Below, piece after piece: positions 7,359 through 11,575 of a stretch of 11,575 nucleotides of DNA. Origin of the DNA: Octopus sinensis (Eukaryota). The translations under genes were made by a program, and so were the position numbers. Below the pieces are notes generated by a model, which saw only the letters and a list, made by a program, of their open reading frames with translations, did no database searches and was not told the DNA's origin. The DNA lies in NCBI RefSeq assembly GCF_006345805.1, contig NW_021827021.1, positions 1 to 11,575 of the forward strand, read 5' to 3'. Numbering within the stretch: position 1 is the stretch's first letter; each line of letters begins with the position of its first letter.

Positions 7359-7718
7359 ATGAACACTGTTCAGTAATTACGAGTCCATTGTAAAGAGAAG
7401 TCATTGGTATGCGAAAACATATATATAACATAAGAAACCCACTTAAGTAAATACATATATATTTCCTAAATGGGTTTGAATTATATTGGAATGTATGGGA
7501 GCTAATTGGTCGAGTGAAGAATTTAAAATGTTCAGGCAGTATTCTCTTACACATAGTTTATAAAGCAATAGAGTTTAGGTCAAGAGCTAATTGAGTTTGT
7601 AGCTTTGATTCTTAAATAAATATTACTGTTTAGCTTTTCACTCTATCAATAGTACGAATGTGTTTTGGTTTATCTGATTTTCCCTTTGGTTACGTTACGA
7701 GTGTTGTGCGAGATAATA

Positions 7719-7800
7719 GGGGAAGACAGGTGGAGAGGGAGGGAGAGAGGGGGATACGAGGAGAAAGAGAAAGTAAGGAAGAATAAAAGAGAAAATAAAG
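7719..7800 (+). repeat. Polypurine (GA-rich) low-complexity tract
   Basis: Almost only A/G over about 80 bp; G-runs at 7719-22, 7737-39, 7741-43 and 7749-53. Confidence 0.8.
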
Positions 7801-7939
7801 TATATTTGTTTTAAAATTTGATATACAGACGGAATCAAACTGCCTACATATTGTTTGATCATAATTTTTAAATACTTTAATGGAAAAAACACACGTACAT
7901 ACTCACAGACGCACAAAGTCGCACACATATTTATTGCAA

Positions 7940-8063
7940 AGGTATATATATATATATGTAAATCACTCTCTCCCTCCTCAGTTTCTCATATCATATATAT
8001 ATATAAGATATTATATAATATATATAATATAATGTGTGTATATAACATACATCGTATATATAT

Positions 8064-8100
<37 letters not shown>

Positions 8101-8250
8101 TATATCATATATATGCATGTATACGTCTTGTGTAGTATTTTTTTATGTGTATAATATATATATTATATATATATATAATAAATACCCCTCGCACACATAT
8201 ATGTAGATGCTGATAGATGATAGATAGACATATATACACGCACACACATT
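7940..8250. repeat. Degenerate (TA)n field
   Basis: Direct reading. Confidence 0.85.
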
Positions 8251-8469
8251 TGAATATTATAATTTTTTTGCGTATACGTAACGTAGGTATCTAATGCTTT
8301 GATTCGTCAATGTCGCACTTTCTCTATATCGATTTCTTTCAGCGTATATTTAATAGTCTATCCTTATCTTAAACTTAATGTCCATCTGTTTGTTTATTTT
8401 GAAAGGTCAGTGAAGAAGAAGTACATTAAAAACTTTGTAAACCAATCTAAAAGAGAAAACTCAACTCAT

Positions 8470-8725
8470 ACTCAGAAAAACAAACATACACAACACACAC
8501 ACACATCCACACCCAAACACACTGGCATATTTTTACATACAAACATACGAACAGGCAGTTACACATATACATTCATATACAAGTACACAAGCACGTACAT
8601 ATGAAGAGCAAAAAACACACGAAAAGACACACAATATATTTGCATGTTTGTGTGTTTTTGAGAAATTTAATATTGTTTTTCTGTATGTGTGACTGTGTGT
8701 GTGCGTGTGTATGTATAGATATATA
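8470..8725. repeat. Degenerate (CA)n then (TG)n low-complexity field
   Basis: Direct reading. Confidence 0.7.
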
Positions 8726-8890
8726 CATGGCCGAGAGGTTTAGAATTTTGCTTGCAGGCATAACTTACTAGACTCGATCCCAATAACGGCCTCTTGAACA
8801 AAGCATTATAAAGGAGACTCGGGTCGTGCCATGTCGTATGACTAAGAATGTCTCGAGAGAATCTGGGTAGAATCCTGTCAGAAAATATTG
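8726..8890 (+). mobile_element. Old, degenerate tRNA-derived SINE (may extend to about 9070)
   Basis: A-box-like TGGCCGAGAGG (8728-8738), B-box-like GACTCGATCCC (8771-8781) at tRNA-like spacing, then CORE-like GGCCTCTTGAACAAAGCA. The 3' boundary is uncertain. Confidence 0.5.
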
Positions 8891-10108
8891 TGCCAGAAAT
8901 TCAACGAGCCAGCTTCCTTCACCTAAATTTCATCCGATTCCTGTTAATTACATTAAGTATATACGTTCTGTAGGGGACACGTTATCCAGTGTGCCCAATC
9001 TGAAAAGAGCGGTTGGTCACTATAAAAAATTAGATTTGCATACGTTGATCGGTCTTGGAGCTACACATGATGAATGATATAATATTGAAACATCTGAAAT
9101 CATTACTTAACGTATGAATCCTCGTAATTAAATTAATAATTTTAATCACCGAAGATCTACAATTAAGCAGAATATGAAGTATTTGGATTGAGTGCTAACA
9201 TGATAAAAATGAATAATTGTATCTCTTGTACGGCTTCAATATGAAGGAGGCTACTTCCCTGTTGATGAGATAAATCTTTCAAACTTGTACATTGTTGATG
9301 GCCGAATTCATTACGTTAATTATGTTTTGAAAACACTTTCTAATTGGCAATATATTTAGCTAATTAGTAGATGAAATTTTACAAAGTTTTGTATGGCAAT
9401 GGCTTATGAATTTAAGAATTCATAGGTTGTGTAACTGTGTTCTTGTTCTTATACTGAAACACGTTTCATTTCCGCCGGAACTTTTGCGCATTTTAAGTTA
9501 ATATTGCAACTGAAAATTCGCGTTCTTATCTGAAAATGTTAAAAGGAAATATTTGCCAAACGTACAGGAAAACTATTCACCACTATTTAATTATGAAAAT
9601 ATAAACTTCATTATAGACTTAATTGAAGACAATGAAAATACCCTTGAACCACATCGTGCATTAAAATAAAATATTCACTTTAATCAAGCAATTTACACGT
9701 GTTGACATATGTGGAAAATATTTTCTTGCATTCTTATAATTTTCAATTCCTGACAGAGAAACATGCTAAATGTTTTATAAAATTCGTTTTGCATTCTGTT
9801 TGTTTGGATTTGAACAATATTAATACAGTGGATTTCCATATGTGTGCTCTTGTTTCAGTCTTAGAAGACCTGTTTGGAATTCTGTGTGCAGAATATATTT
9901 TCTTTCAATTTTCCCGTAAATTTATGTTCCTCACATGCAAAGACACAACCAGATTTCCTTAATTAGGAGCAAAACTGGCAGATTCATTATAAATCCAGAT
10001 TTGATGACTCACAGAATTTTTCTTTCAACTTTGCATTCTGTGCTCAAACCTCACCGAAGATAATTTCCTTTGTATCATTTCAAGATCAATAAAAATATAA
10101 TCATTCAT

Positions 10109-10209
10109 GGTGGTGGATTGACGAATATATTAGAACATCGGATCCGATGCGCTGGTTATTTCTTCTCACCCTTTACCTACTGAGTTCAAATCCCACACTT
10201 AGGTTCAAC
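10109..10209 (+). mobile_element. Degenerate head of the 6363-6555 SINE family
   Basis: GGTGGTGGATTGACGAATATATTAG...TATTTC...CTTTAC..CTGAGTTCAAATCCCAC..AGGTTCAAC parallels the reverse complement of 6460-6555; B box GAGTTCAAATCCC at 10182-10194. Confidence 0.65.
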
Positions 10210-10302
10210 GCTTAGTACCTTAGTCCACACGTAGTTGACACGCTTGATACCTTTAGCAGACTACACTCTGATGCAAGCAGCCACATCTTCTGTTTTAGTA
10301 TA

Positions 10303-10387
10303 CCACTCCTTCCCTCACCCTTCTCCCCTCCCCATCTCATCCATTCCCCTCTCCCCATCTCTCTACCCCTCTAACCCCTCTCTCTCC
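10303..10387 (+). repeat. Polypyrimidine C-run tract (G-rich on the minus strand)
   Basis: Eight runs of 3-4 C between 10312 and 10378. Confidence 0.85.
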
Positions 10388-11314
10388 AGTAGGTTCAGAT
10401 ATATTTTGAAGGTTTATAGGCAATGTGTTACATTCCTGACTAAGATAAAACAAAACGTCTACAAATTGGTATTTACAGACATGCTTCAAATTTAAATAGA
10501 TTATTTCGGGACAATACACACTACATCCCTAACGGGATTTATGTTGCAAGAAATCCTTGGCACCATCTCTTTAATGACGCAGATACCATGGCACCTCATT
10601 GCCCCGCTTTTTACAATGGGCAGCAAGGAATCAAGGGAATAAGATTTAAGCAATAAAATCTGTTTTGTCGGATTAAAAGTTGTCTGTTGATAACAAAGAT
10701 CGCATTATTTATTTCAAGGATATTGTAAATGCACCCTCATATTTCGATTGAATTTTTTTATTAATAAAGGTTCAATATGAAATCTGTTATAGAATAGGAC
10801 GAGATGAGATTCCATAATAGAAACAAGTATTGTTCTTACTATCTAATATTATTTTGTGTTCTATAATACTATATACATTCGTGTCTCCTTGTTGTAAATG
10901 CATGCTCAACCGACAATAAAACATCATACTAATGCTCGATGTAGCATTTTACGTTTCCAACTTACCTTAAAAAAATATATTCATTACATTGTTTGTCTGC
11001 AATACCGTCTCATGGTAACAAGCCTTTGGTTTCATGGTCATACTCTTGTTATAAATACTGGTGTTTGTGCAATATTTAAACTATGCATCTATAGCTAGGT
11101 GTAATATAAGATGTGTTCTGCTTTGTAAGATAAGTATAGAAATATTATTTCCACATGGCTATGTCACTTCAAAATGCACAAATCAGGCAAAGATGTCTTT
11201 CATGTGGTTTCAAACATGTTTTAGTAATGATTTCATGATCAACAATTTTTTTTTTGTCATCTTATTTTGATATAGTTTTAAATCTGTATTAGTTTGACTT
11301 TATTAGTTCGTACG

Positions 11315-11485
11315 TTTATGTATGTGCAAATATATATACACATACATACTCCCATACATACGTGTGCATGTGTGTGTATACATTTATCTACGTATATGCA
11401 TATATATATATACATGTATTTCAATGTATGTATCTGTCTATATTTATGCATACACACGAATGTATATATATATTATATATACACA
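11315..11485. repeat. Degenerate (TA)/(TG)/(CA) microsatellite field
   Basis: Direct reading. Confidence 0.8.
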
Positions 11486-11575
11486 TTTATTGATAAAAAT
11501 GGCAAGACAACAAAAGAATGAAAGAGACCTTGATGTTATGTAAATAGAAGAATTTATTTGTAAATATATGTGACA

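Noticed and set aside
7499-7594. Repeated GAGCTAATTG homeodomain-like sites (also TAATTA near 2917, 2950 and 9360)
   Set aside because: TAAT cores are abundant at this AT content; no evident enrichment.
10136-10149. Perfect 14-bp palindrome CATCGGATCCGATG
   Set aside because: Lies within a degenerate SINE head; probably mutational chance.
10960-11001. Strong minus-strand donor AAG|GTAAGT with a possible 31-nt exon
   Set aside because: The acceptor has no polypyrimidine tract and no partner exons are seen.

Overview
Eukaryotic, AT-rich, repeat-dense non-genic (intergenic or intronic) DNA. The SINE families and the heavy (TA)n/(CA)n load resemble octopus (coleoid cephalopod) genomes; this attribution is from recognition, not a database search. 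No intact protein-coding gene is supported, and nearly all supplied ORFs are microsatellite artefacts or pieces of decayed transposons. Left to right: a decayed near-full-length mariner (276-1326, one TIR left), a headless tRNA/CORE-type SINE, a CR1-group LINE 3' fragment (-), compound microsatellites, a probable Penelope-like element (PLE) 3' remnant (about 3430-4306), an internally deleted RTE LINE 3' end, several tRNA-derived SINEs (one with a perfect 17-bp TSD), and unique AT-rich blocks. The main find is in the PLE-like remnant: a type I hammerhead ribozyme fold (4047-4123) with an extended stem II, a palindromic stem III and two core deviations, flanked by two further long hairpins. Together these suggest a structured pseudo-LTR or retrozyme-like module.
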